A stretch of 64,000 bases of DNA from Candidatus Latescibacterota bacterium (GCA_965242865.1 CBDETK010000013.1:4864001-4928000); one strand, 5' to 3'. Positions 52,344 through 61,236 are shown, counted from the stretch's first letter. Translations and numbers: made by a program. The notes: generated by a model from the sequence alone, not told the origin.

Positions 52344-53513
52344 TCATCGTTCTTGCACACGCTGTACGTCTGCTAGGAGTGAAAAGTCTTTGATGGGTCT
52401 GTGTTTTGACGCGCTTGTTTCTCGCTCGCCTTGGTCTTTCACCGATTCAAAAAGTGAGGGATGATTTTTTTTATTCTTTCCCTTTGAAACGAAATCGCCC
52501 ATTATCTCAGTGCCTTTGGCAAAGCGATCTAAGATGGTGCTAATGGCTTCTGCGCTGTTATCAATGCCAATCCATCTTCTCTCGAGTCGATGCGCGACCT
52601 CCAAAGTCGTTCCAGAACCACAAAAGCAATCTAAAACAATATCATTGGGATTTGAAGACGCCTCTATCAGGCGTTTGATGAGCTCTGGATTTTTTTCTGT
52701 TGGATACCCGGTAATTCTGATGTTTTGGTTGTGGGCGTCGCGGTAATCAAGCCATATATCTTGCACGGACACACCTGTATTTTCATCGAGATAAACTTTT
52801 CGCCTAGGATTGCCGTTTGGCGACCAATAAATTTTGCCTTCTGCATCGAGCATATCCAACTTCTGGGGCGTGTATTGCCAGTGTTTTCCGGGTGGGGGAA
52901 GCATTCCGCGCCACGGCTTTCCGGTTTCGCCGTTGCGAACCCCCGGCGCATGTATCGGCACTTTCTTGAATCGGCGTCCTGTTTCTTCCTCTATATATTG
53001 ATACTCTTTTAATGCCCTGTCTTCTAGCCAAGGTTCTACGGGGCGATTCCAAACGTATTGATCTGATTTTGTGTAGAACAGGATATAATCTGATATATTG
53101 CCATATTTCTTGCGTGTATAGTTTTTAGGATTGCACTTTTTTCGCACTATGCAGTTTTTGTAGTTGTTCGCGCCGAATACTTCATCCATAATTACTTTGA
53201 TATGGAAGATCATTTTTTCGTCCAGATGCAGGTAGATTGAACCGTCTTCGGCCAGTAATTCCCTAAGTAGAATCAACCGAGTACGCAAAAATTCAATAAA
53301 TTCCGCGCCGGTTAAATTATCTTCGTAAGCATGAGAGAGTTTGCGGGAGTGGAAAGAGGTCTGAGTTGCATAAGGCGGATCGATATAGACCAACCGAACT
53401 TTTCCAGCTATCTCACGATCATCTAAAAGTTTAGCCATAATTGGGAGATTATCGCCAAAAAAGAGAAAATTATGAATGTCCTCATTTTCTCCGACTCTCT
53501 GCCCTATGTTCAC
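52344..53513 (-). CDS. Site-specific DNA methyltransferase, N6A/N4C, beta class
   Basis: GDNL, YIDPPY (motif IV) before YPTEK and LDCFCGSGTT (motif I); visibly AT-rich compared with the flanks. Confidence 0.93.
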   Translation of the reverse strand: MNIGQRVGENEDIHNFLFFGDNLPIMAKLLDDREIAGKVRLVYIDPPYATQTSFHSRKLSHAYEDNLTGAEFIEFLRTRLILLRELLAEDGSIYLHLDEKMIFHIKVIMDEVFGANNYKNCIVRKKCNPKNYTRKKYGNISDYILFYTKSDQYVWNRPVEPWLEDRALKEYQYIEEETGRRFKKVPIHAPGVRNGETGKPWRGMLPPPGKHWQYTPQKLDMLDAEGKIYWSPNGNPRRKVYLDENTGVSVQDIWLDYRDAHNQNIRITGYPTEKNPELIKRLIEASSNPNDIVLDCFCGSGTTLEVAHRLERRWIGIDNSAEAISTILDRFAKGTEIMGDFVSKGKNKKNHPSLFESVKDQGERETSASKHRPIKDFSLLADVQRVQER

Positions 53514-53542
53514 CAGTATCGCATGACAGGGGCCTCTCGTGG

Positions 53543-56323
53543 TTAGGAGCGTCTCTGCTGTCTCCGCTTGGGCTTGGCCGTCAGCGGCACCAGCATCTTT
53601 TCGTACAGTCCAAGCAGGTGTTTGACGCGCTCGTGGTCGGCGGTGAAGGCGTTGCGACGGTAGAGCCTATCGACAGCGCGGTCAAGAGCGCGGTGTGCTT
53701 TGCGGAGGTCAGCGGGCATGAGGTCGGGATCGTAGAGGTCGGCCAGCGTGGCGGCGGGATGGGCGGCGCGGGCGGCGAGGATGGCGTCGGCGAAGGGTGC
53801 GAGGCGTTGCAGGCGTTTGGGATTGGGAGGCAGAGGAAAGGTGTTGTAGATAATGCCAACCCCGTATCGAAAACGACTTTCCAGCCGCCCGCTGATAATC
53901 CTGACCCATGCCATGTGCATTGTAGATGTGAGAAGTCCAAACTGCCAAAGGGAGGCATTGGGCAATATGCGTACTTGGTTGCTTGGAATCACCGGCGGCT
54001 CCAGCCATGCAATCGGGATGTAATCCCGCCGTTCCGAACTGACTTCCGGCACGACCAGAAACGGTGCAGTGGGAATGACTTCCACCTCGTACTTTGTCGG
54101 GAAATCTGCCAATATGCGCGTCGCCTGTTTTTTGCTAGCGGCTCGCATCTGTCGGACGGCCGCGATGCGTTCCCGGACGAGGGGTAGCTTCCGCAATTCC
54201 GCAGGATCGGCATCGCCTACGTGAAGAATCCAACGCGATTTTCCGCGGAGGAATTCTGCCGCTCCAATGAATGGACGAAAAAACTTCGCCGCGGTTGGCT
54301 CTTGCTGGAGAAATTCCATCTTGTCCGCATCGCTAAAAAGATAATGAGCACCGACGACTGGCTTGGTTCCCATTCGCGCTGCGGGAAGGCCGTTCAGCGG
54401 CTTGGTCGTCTCCTGTACCACAATGCGAGGGTCGGCGAGTCCACCGGCGTCGAACAGATAGGGCGAGAGGGCGGTGTGTTGGCTTTCTTGTGGATCGCCT
54501 TTGGGGGCGTCGTAGGAAAACAGTCGCTTCTCTTTTGGCGCATCGCCCCGCTTGGCCAGTCCGATAATGACGACGTGAACATGCGCCATACCGCGAGCGT
54601 CCGATCCCCAAGCAAACGTGCGATGAGCAAAGGCGATGTCCAGCTTACATCGGTCGAACAAGATCGGCCAAAGCTGCGCGACCTGCTCGCCCTGCGTGAT
54701 GGAATTAGTTGCCACAAAGCCGATTCGTGCGGTGCTCTGTTGGACGTATTCGCCTGCCTTGATAAACCACGCGCCGACGTAGTCGAGCGAACCTGCTTTT
54801 CCCGAAGGCGAGTTGATGACAGCCGCCATTTGCCGACGCTGGGTTGGCGATTGATAACTCTGTCCCACAAACGGCGGATTGCCCAAAACGTAGGAACACT
54901 CCTCCGGCGGCAACACTTCTCCCCAATCGGTCTCCAGCGCGTCGCCTTGCCGAATGTGTGGCGACTTCGCCAGCGGAATGCGCGTGTACGTTTGGCCGAA
55001 CTCCAAACTCAGCCGGTTGTTCATAATGTGATCCATCATCCACAAGGCGACCTCGGCAATGTGCGCCGGAAACTCCCCCAACTCAATGCCGTAGAACTGA
55101 TCGACATCAACCGCCGACAACAACGCCGCAAAAGCATCGATCTGGCGGTGCGGCCGAATCTCCTTGAGCACCTCGATTTCCAAGGCCCGCAATTCGCGGT
55201 AGGCGATGATGAGAAAATTGCCGCACCCACACGCTGGATCAAAAAAGCGCAACTGGCCCAGCCGCTGCTGAAAGGCGATCAGTTCGGGAATGCGGCGGCT
55301 GTCGCGGCGAGCTTGTAGGTGGCGGAACTCGTCGCGCAGTTCGTCGAGAAAAAGCGGCTCAATGACCTTGAGGATGTTCTGTTCCGTGGTGTAATGAGCA
55401 CCTTGAGCGCGACGCTCTTTCTCGTCCATCACAGATTGGAAGAGCGAGCCAAAGATCGCCGGGGAGATGTCCGACCAATTGAAATGACAAGCGTCAATCA
55501 GCCGCTGGCGCATGTCGGCGTTGAACGAGGGGATGAGCAGCGGATCGCGAAACAGGGCACCGTTGATGTAGGGAAAGCGAGCGAGGTCGTCGTCGAGGTT
55601 GCTGGATCGGCGATCGTCTGGGGTATTGAGGACTTGAAATAGCTGCGCCAGCCAACCGCCGAGGTCGGAGCCATCATCTCGCGTCCGGTTTTCCAACAGG
55701 TCGAGGAAAATGTCGCGCGGCTCAAAGATGCCGGTGTCGTCGGCAAAGAAGCAAAAGACGATGCGGACGAGGAACTGCTGGAGATCGTGGCCGGTGTAGC
55801 CCGAATCAGCTAAGGCGTCGTGGAGATAGCCGACGCGCTCGGACGCTGCGATGTTGACCGGGTCCTGATCGCGGAAGGTGCGCTTCTGTACGCCCAAGAT
55901 GAAGCCGAATTGTTCGACGTATTGCGGCAAGTCCGCGAGGGCAAAGGCGGTGCTTTCGTCTTCGTCAAGATCGTACAATTCAAACGACTGAAAGTCGCTC
56001 AACAGGATGTAGCGCGGCAGGTCAGCATCCTTGAGGCCCGGAAAGTAGGACAGGGCTTGGGCCTTGGCTTTTGTCAGATCGCGGCCGACGCTCTTTTGCT
56101 CAACCAGCAGCACCCCTTTCCAAAACAGGTCGATAAAGCCTCGCTTATCGCCGAGCAGTGTAACGGGTTCCTCAAACGCGGCCACCCGGCGCACGGGCAC
56201 GCCAAAGACTTCAAAAAAGTCGCGGTAGAAAAGCTGGGTCTGCCCCTTTTCGTACCCGGCGTCCTGCCATTCTTGCGCGAATCGAGCGGCGTGGGTGCGG
56301 ATTTCATTCCACGATAGACGCAT
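53543..56323 (-). CDS. MmeI-family type IIL/IIG fused restriction-modification enzyme
   Basis: N-terminal nuclease IDLFWKGVLLVEQKS; ISPAIFGSLFQ, GAHYT, DPACGCGNF, GNPPF; TRD VSSERRDYIP, RLESRFRY, TLADLYDP. Confidence 0.93.
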   Translation of the reverse strand: MRLSWNEIRTHAARFAQEWQDAGYEKGQTQLFYRDFFEVFGVPVRRVAAFEEPVTLLGDKRGFIDLFWKGVLLVEQKSVGRDLTKAKAQALSYFPGLKDADLPRYILLSDFQSFELYDLDEDESTAFALADLPQYVEQFGFILGVQKRTFRDQDPVNIAASERVGYLHDALADSGYTGHDLQQFLVRIVFCFFADDTGIFEPRDIFLDLLENRTRDDGSDLGGWLAQLFQVLNTPDDRRSSNLDDDLARFPYINGALFRDPLLIPSFNADMRQRLIDACHFNWSDISPAIFGSLFQSVMDEKERRAQGAHYTTEQNILKVIEPLFLDELRDEFRHLQARRDSRRIPELIAFQQRLGQLRFFDPACGCGNFLIIAYRELRALEIEVLKEIRPHRQIDAFAALLSAVDVDQFYGIELGEFPAHIAEVALWMMDHIMNNRLSLEFGQTYTRIPLAKSPHIRQGDALETDWGEVLPPEECSYVLGNPPFVGQSYQSPTQRRQMAAVINSPSGKAGSLDYVGAWFIKAGEYVQQSTARIGFVATNSITQGEQVAQLWPILFDRCKLDIAFAHRTFAWGSDARGMAHVHVVIIGLAKRGDAPKEKRLFSYDAPKGDPQESQHTALSPYLFDAGGLADPRIVVQETTKPLNGLPAARMGTKPVVGAHYLFSDADKMEFLQQEPTAAKFFRPFIGAAEFLRGKSRWILHVGDADPAELRKLPLVRERIAAVRQMRAASKKQATRILADFPTKYEVEVIPTAPFLVVPEVSSERRDYIPIAWLEPPVIPSNQVRILPNASLWQFGLLTSTMHMAWVRIISGRLESRFRYGVGIIYNTFPLPPNPKRLQRLAPFADAILAARAAHPAATLADLYDPDLMPADLRKAHRALDRAVDRLYRRNAFTADHERVKHLLGLYEKMLVPLTAKPKRRQQRRS

Positions 56324-56338
56324 GCAATAGGGGGCTTC

Positions 56339-56743
56339 TCAAGCGGCCGGAAACAGGACGAGTTCAGCCTTCTGAGCGAGCAATATGGCTATCTCTTTTT
56401 GCATAGCTTTTTCCATACGTGGCGGCCAGTTTGTAATATCTGCGTGACGCGGAGGAGGCTCCTGCGACTGGACATCGAGTTGGACCGAACGCACATCCCT
56501 CGCCTGGACGATTCCCACCCCATGCACTCTCCGATTACTCCCGATATGCTCATTCGCAATAGCGATAAGGGCTGCTTGCGGCTCGGCTCCATGTCTGAAA
56601 ACCGATGTTTTGCCATCTCTTTTGTTTGGCAAAAAAGCAGATTGTTTAACTGCCGACTGGTTGAATTGTCCCGAAGAAGTGAGGAAGCGAGCGAGGGGTT
56701 CGTCGTCGGCAACTTCTTTAGGTAGCCCTGAAGGTAAAATCAT
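56339..56743 (-). CDS. Hypothetical protein, possible ADP-ribosyltransferase-fold toxin
   Basis: DDEPLARF, SAF, TSVFR, EPPPRHADI: R-S-H spacing like ART/RES-type folds; coupled to the upstream gene by an ATGA overlap. Confidence 0.55.
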   Translation of the reverse strand: MILPSGLPKEVADDEPLARFLTSSGQFNQSAVKQSAFLPNKRDGKTSVFRHGAEPQAALIAIANEHIGSNRRVHGVGIVQARDVRSVQLDVQSQEPPPRHADITNWPPRMEKAMQKEIAILLAQKAELVLFPAA

Positions 56744-57144
56744 TGATTAGTGATGCGCTGAATCTCTTGAAGAATACGCGAGGGGATCTCGCCATTATTG
56801 CTGGATACCACTACGTGCCCGTGCTCTGTCCCATTAACCCACGCACAAGCCATTTGATCCGCAGTACCTATGCTTACAGAAAACGTCTGCGTCGGAGTCG
56901 GAGACCAGTCGAGAGCGATTTCGCCATCCGGCTCCACGGATATTTCCGGCAACGGCAAACCCTCCGGTAGCCGACGAATGAAGTGTGCGCTACGTTCAAC
57001 GGCCCTTGGGCTAACGGCTTCTGCACCGTAGCCATCCCAGTCCGCTTCGGCACATTCTGCCGCTAGCTCATAGAGCCTATTCAGTGCGTCCTCTTTAGAG
57101 ACAAAAAGTACCCACGAATTGGATAAATCGAAGGCTCTTTCCAT
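56740..57144 (-). CDS. Hypothetical WDGYG-motif protein, possible antitoxin/immunity protein
   Basis: Acidic 134 aa; DWDGYGAEAV...PEISVEPDGEIALDW; TAATG overlap with hicB. Confidence 0.6.
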   Translation of the reverse strand: MERAFDLSNSWVLFVSKEDALNRLYELAAECAEADWDGYGAEAVSPRAVERSAHFIRRLPEGLPLPEISVEPDGEIALDWSPTPTQTFSVSIGTADQMACAWVNGTEHGHVVVSSNNGEIPSRILQEIQRITNQ

Positions 57145-57566
57145 TATACTTCCAACACTAGGCGTTTGCCCAGCACTTCTAGCACGGTCTCGACCTGATC
57201 GATGTGTGAGCGATGGTCCAGATCGAGGAGCTGTCTCACCGTCGTTGCAACGGCACCAAGCCGCTCGGCTAATTCGCCAATGTCGATGTTCTGCTCGCGC
57301 ATCGTCTCGTAGAGTGCGAGCTTGGCGGCGATGAGTGCCGGCAGCTCAACAATGGGTCCATTACTGGCCGATGGTTGCGGAATGCTCCGCCCGTCGTTCA
57401 CGTACCCACCCAGTGCTGCGACAAGGCAGTCCGCTGCTTCCGACTGAGCTTCGCGTTCCGTATTTCCCTCGGTCAGTGCTTCTGGAATGTCGGGAAACGA
57501 CACCAGCACGGTGTCGGGCAGCACCCGTAGGTCCACCGGATAGGCCCGTCGTCTCAATTGTGCCAT
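57144..57566 (-). CDS. hicB: HicB family antitoxin with C-terminal HTH
   Basis: YPVDL...LVSFPDIPEALTEG...AADCL...IPQPS; KLALYETM...ELAERLG...LLDLDHRSHID...LGKRL; GGAGG RBS. Confidence 0.9.
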   Translation of the reverse strand: MAQLRRRAYPVDLRVLPDTVLVSFPDIPEALTEGNTEREAQSEAADCLVAALGGYVNDGRSIPQPSASNGPIVELPALIAAKLALYETMREQNIDIGELAERLGAVATTVRQLLDLDHRSHIDQVETVLEVLGKRLVLEV

Positions 57567-57620
57567 AAAACACCTCCACTGCTCAGGCCCAAATTAACGA
57601 GCCTCCCGCACCACAAGGTG

Positions 57621-57956
57621 CTATTTGGGGACAAACGGTATGCTTGTCACATTGCGTTTCAATTGTTTTCGCTTCCTAATGGCGTATACCAAACTGAACA
57701 CAAACCAAACGAGGAATACGGAGCCAAAAACGCCCAATGCAGAAGACCAGCCAGATTGTATCATTGCGACAGCGATGCCTACGAGGATACTAAAAAGTGC
57801 AGAAGATTGAATAGACCAAACCTCGTAGTCCTTGAAGACAGACGAATCCACCAATTCTATTTCAAGGGTCTGCGGCACGGAAACCACTACGGTTGTTCTC
57901 GCAAGTGGCGTATGCGAGTCGAAGTCAGCCTCAACGTGCTTTGCGGGGTCTCTCAT
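57621..57956 (-). CDS. Small two-TM membrane protein
   Basis: ATG 57956 overlaps the upstream stop (TAATG); two hydrophobic helices then RKRKQLKR. Confidence 0.7.
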   Translation of the reverse strand: MRDPAKHVEADFDSHTPLARTTVVVSVPQTLEIELVDSSVFKDYEVWSIQSSALFSILVGIAVAMIQSGWSSALGVFGSVFLVWFVFSLVYAIRKRKQLKRNVTSIPFVPK

Positions 57957-58252
57957 TAGGCTATTCTCTTTTCTAATTCTGGCCAAAAATTTTTGGGAAG
58001 ATAGCCATCGTATTGACCTCCAGCCATTAAAGGGCCAATGACGAGATGTATCCTAATTGGAGAACCCTCGGCTACTTTTATCAGGTCTTTCGTAACTTCT
58101 TGCCATTCTTGCGGAGCGGATACCCTAACGACGTAAAAAGTTCTAAGTGGGCGCGCCCAAGAATAGTTTTCTATGCACTCTTTTAGCTGAGCGTTGAGCG
58201 CATCCCACTCCGCGCCTTCGGCATTAATATCCCACGATACTATGAAATGCAT
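57956..58252 (-). CDS. Small Cas2/VapD-like ferredoxin-fold protein
   Basis: MHFIVSWDI resembles the Cas2-like hhhSYDh first strand; helix, then WARPLRTFYVV; 98 aa. Confidence 0.6.
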   Translation of the reverse strand: MHFIVSWDINAEGAEWDALNAQLKECIENYSWARPLRTFYVVRVSAPQEWQEVTKDLIKVAEGSPIRIHLVIGPLMAGGQYDGYLPKNFWPELEKRIA

Positions 58253-58341
58253 GGCCTTTTTCCTTTTTTTTTCCGTAGTGCGACCGTTCTAAGGCCCCAA
58301 TTATCGCCCAACAGCCCTCTAGCGTCAAAGCCCCAACCGCC

Positions 58342-59982
58342 TCAACGCTCCTCCCGCACCACAATGCGCTGATCGGCTTCCACGCCCACCAGCGTCTGCA
58401 CCGCGCCGCTGGGCCAATGGACTTGCAGCGTATCTACCTGTGGGTGGCGGCCCAAGCCAAGGGTCAGGCGCACGTCGTTGGAACCCATGTAGCCGTAGCT
58501 GCGGCGGATCTCCCGCGTCTGCACCAAATCGCTGGCCACGGCGCGGACGCGCGCGCCCAAGCCATCGCGATTGCTCGCGGTTCCAACGACCTCAATCGTC
58601 AGGAAGTGATTGGCATTGCCGCCGTCGTTGCGCAGCAGGGTGCAATGCGGGGAGGCCGAGTCCGAGACGAATATATCTACGTCGCCATCGTTGTCGCAGT
58701 CGCCAAACACCGCGCCGTGGCTGACGCGCTCGACCAACAGCCCCGGTCCGCTGTGCTCGGTCACCTCGGCAAACGAGCCGTCGCCCCGGTTGCGGAAGAG
58801 CTGGTTGCGCTGTGGATACGTGGTGGCCGGGTCGTACTCTTCCACGTTCTCGTCGAGGTGGCCGTTGCTGACGAACACATCGAGAAACCCGTCGTTGTCG
58901 TAATCGAGAAAGGCGGACGTCATGCCTAAATACGGCACGCTGGGCACCCCGAGGTTGGCCGCAAACGTGACATCCGTGAAAAACCCATCGCCATCGTTGC
59001 GGTAGAGCGTATTGGGCAGCCACTGAAAGGTCGCTACAATAATGTCGAGAAACCCATCGTTGTCGTAGTCGCCCCAATCGGCCCCCATGGCGGACTCGGC
59101 CAACCCTTCTTCGTTGTACGCTACCCCGGCCTCCGCGCCGTTTTCGCTAAACGTTCCATCCCCGTTGTTGCAGAAGAGAAAGTTGGGTTGCTTGTCGTTG
59201 GCGACGAATAAATCGGAGTCGCCGTCGTTGTCAAAATCGCCGAATACCGCGGCGAGCTGCCGCCCCGAATCGAGGCGCAAGCCAGCGTCCGCGGTCGCGT
59301 CGGCAAAGCGGCGGCCCCCATCGTTGCGGTAGAGGACGCCCGCCTGCCCGGGGTACGTATTGGGGCCGCAGTAAATGCGCACCGTGCCGGCAAAGCACTC
59401 CTCGTTGTCGGCCGGGTCAAATTCCATGTAATTGGCCGCGTATAGATCCAAATCGCCATCGCGGTCGTAATCGACAAAAGCCGCGTGCGTCCCCCACCCT
59501 AAATCCCCGACTCCAGCCGCAGCCGTGACGTCGGCAAAAACGCCGGCTCCTTCGTTCCGGTACAACACATTCGGCCCGTAATTGGTCACGTACAAATCCG
59601 CATGACCGTCGTTGTCGTAATCGCCGACAGCCGCGCCCATGCCAAAGCCAGCGTCGCCCGTGCCAGCCGTGGTCGTGACATCGGCAAAGGTTCCGTCGCG
59701 TTGGTTGCGATAGTGCGCGTTGGGCCGAGCCGGGCCGCGATACCCGGGCAGAGGGGCACCGTTGACGATGTACAGGTCGAGCCATCCGTCGCCATCCCCA
59801 TCGAAAAAGGCCGCGCCCGAGCCGACCGCTTCCACCATGTACTTGTGGCCGCTCGCCCCGTTGACATAGCGAAAATCTAGGCCCGCTTCCTCGGTGATCT
59901 CCACAAATTGCGGGGCCGGCCCGGCGACAGCGACAGCGGCGCATACAACGCTGGCCCACAGGGGCAAGGTGCGCGGCATCAT
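58342..59982 (-). CDS. CRTAC1 family protein (FG-GAP/VCBS repeats plus ASPIC/UnbV domain)
   Basis: Repeated (G)DYDNDGxxDL motifs; SNRDGLGARV...GYMG...GLG...VHWPSG. Confidence 0.92.
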   Translation of the reverse strand: MMPRTLPLWASVVCAAVAVAGPAPQFVEITEEAGLDFRYVNGASGHKYMVEAVGSGAAFFDGDGDGWLDLYIVNGAPLPGYRGPARPNAHYRNQRDGTFADVTTTAGTGDAGFGMGAAVGDYDNDGHADLYVTNYGPNVLYRNEGAGVFADVTAAAGVGDLGWGTHAAFVDYDRDGDLDLYAANYMEFDPADNEECFAGTVRIYCGPNTYPGQAGVLYRNDGGRRFADATADAGLRLDSGRQLAAVFGDFDNDGDSDLFVANDKQPNFLFCNNGDGTFSENGAEAGVAYNEEGLAESAMGADWGDYDNDGFLDIIVATFQWLPNTLYRNDGDGFFTDVTFAANLGVPSVPYLGMTSAFLDYDNDGFLDVFVSNGHLDENVEEYDPATTYPQRNQLFRNRGDGSFAEVTEHSGPGLLVERVSHGAVFGDCDNDGDVDIFVSDSASPHCTLLRNDGGNANHFLTIEVVGTASNRDGLGARVRAVASDLVQTREIRRSYGYMGSNDVRLTLGLGRHPQVDTLQVHWPSGAVQTLVGVEADQRIVVREER

Positions 59983-61163
59983 CGGCCCACCTGCGCGGCG
60001 ATTTGCTCGGCCGCGGCGAGGTTGCGGCGGAGCTTGGGATGGTTGGGTTGGTGGCGCAGGCCGCGGCGGAAGGAGGCCAAGGCGCGCTCGTATTGCTTGC
60101 GGACCATATAGATATTGCCCAATCCCAAGTGCGAGAGGGCGTACGTGGAATCGGCCTGCAAGGCTTGGCGAAACCGCTGCTCGGCCGCGGCCATGGCCCC
60201 GCGGCGGAAGTGGATGTTGCCGAGGTTGTGGTGCGCGGGCGCGAAAGCGGGGTCGCGGTCGAGGGCTTGGAGATAGCGGAGACGCGCTTCTTGGTATTGG
60301 CCGCGCTGTCCGTACACCACGGCCAAGTCGTGATAGACGCCGGCGTCGTCTCGGTGCGTTGCTAGGGTGTTTTTTAGCATGGCGATCCGGTCTTCTTCTC
60401 GGTCGAGCCGTTTGTAGAGCACCAGATGGCGGCGGCCCTCGTCTTGCTGCCCGGAGCGCAGCAGGGCGTTGCCGAGGTTGAAGTGGGCTCGGGCAAAAAG
60501 CGAATCCAGCCGCACGGCGCGGCTAAATTCGGCCGCGGCCGCGGCGTAGTCGCGCCGGAGGTAGTGGCTGCGCCCCAAGCCATTGCGGAATTGGGCCGAG
60601 GTCGTATCGGCGGCCACGGCGCGACCAAAGGCTTGCTCGGCGGCCGCGTAGTCGTTTTGCTTGAGATAGGCTTGGCCGAGGTTGAACCACGCCTCTCCGT
60701 AGTTGGGCACGGCGGCAAGGGCGCGCTGATAGGCGGCAATCGCAGCGGGGTAGCGTCCCTCGCGGGCGTGTAGCAACCCCAGCACCATGTTCGCTTGGGC
60801 GCGGTCAGGCTGCTCTCGCACGGTCTGTTCGAGCAGGCGAAAGGCGTCCTCGTAGCGGTTGAGGCGCGTCAACAGGATGGCCAGCTCGGTTCGCGTCTTG
60901 GCGTGGCTCGGCGCGAGGGCCATGGCTTGCTCGAACGCACGGACAGCGGCCGGCAGGGCCTCGTTTTTCGCGTGGGCCTCGGCCAACTTGCGGTAGAGCA
61001 CCGGCGTTGCGTTTTGGTCAACGGCGTGCTGGTAGTGGCGGGCGGCTTCGCCGTAGTAACCGGCGCGCATTGAGCGGTCGCCCTGAACTTCGCGTGTTGG
61101 CTCGGGCACTCGTCCACAGCCGACAATCGCCAGCAGGAGCAGAAAGGGTCTGTACCAAGGCAT
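59979..61163 (-). CDS. Tetratricopeptide repeat lipoprotein
   Basis: Lipobox IVGC; many AxxNLG TPR repeats; coupled to CRTAC1. Confidence 0.9.
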   Translation of the reverse strand: MPWYRPFLLLLAIVGCGRVPEPTREVQGDRSMRAGYYGEAARHYQHAVDQNATPVLYRKLAEAHAKNEALPAAVRAFEQAMALAPSHAKTRTELAILLTRLNRYEDAFRLLEQTVREQPDRAQANMVLGLLHAREGRYPAAIAAYQRALAAVPNYGEAWFNLGQAYLKQNDYAAAEQAFGRAVAADTTSAQFRNGLGRSHYLRRDYAAAAAEFSRAVRLDSLFARAHFNLGNALLRSGQQDEGRRHLVLYKRLDREEDRIAMLKNTLATHRDDAGVYHDLAVVYGQRGQYQEARLRYLQALDRDPAFAPAHHNLGNIHFRRGAMAAAEQRFRQALQADSTYALSHLGLGNIYMVRKQYERALASFRRGLRHQPNHPKLRRNLAAAEQIAAQVGR

Positions 61164-61236
61164 GTATGACAGTCCTAAATGACTTTAGGTAAAAAGTATA
61201 GACTGCGCTAGTACTATCGACAACGGAGGACGCCAG

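Larger units (their letters stand above)
52161..58341. mobile_element. Horizontally acquired defence island (no integrase or transposase seen)
   Basis: Seven co-oriented genes of RM and TA type; AT-rich segments in a GC-rich background. Confidence 0.6.

Noticed and set aside
52126-52347. 73-aa ORF after the MTase as a restriction endonuclease
   Set aside because: Too short, no PD-(D/E)xK or HNH motif, and it overlaps the convergent gene; at most a remnant.
57956-58252. Cas2-like gene as evidence of a CRISPR-Cas locus
   Set aside because: No repeat-spacer array, cas1 or effector genes in the window.
52161-58341. att-like direct repeats at the island ends
   Set aside because: Only weak similarity (tcgccaac..cagcg versus tcgcccaac..tagcg); no integrase or tRNA target.
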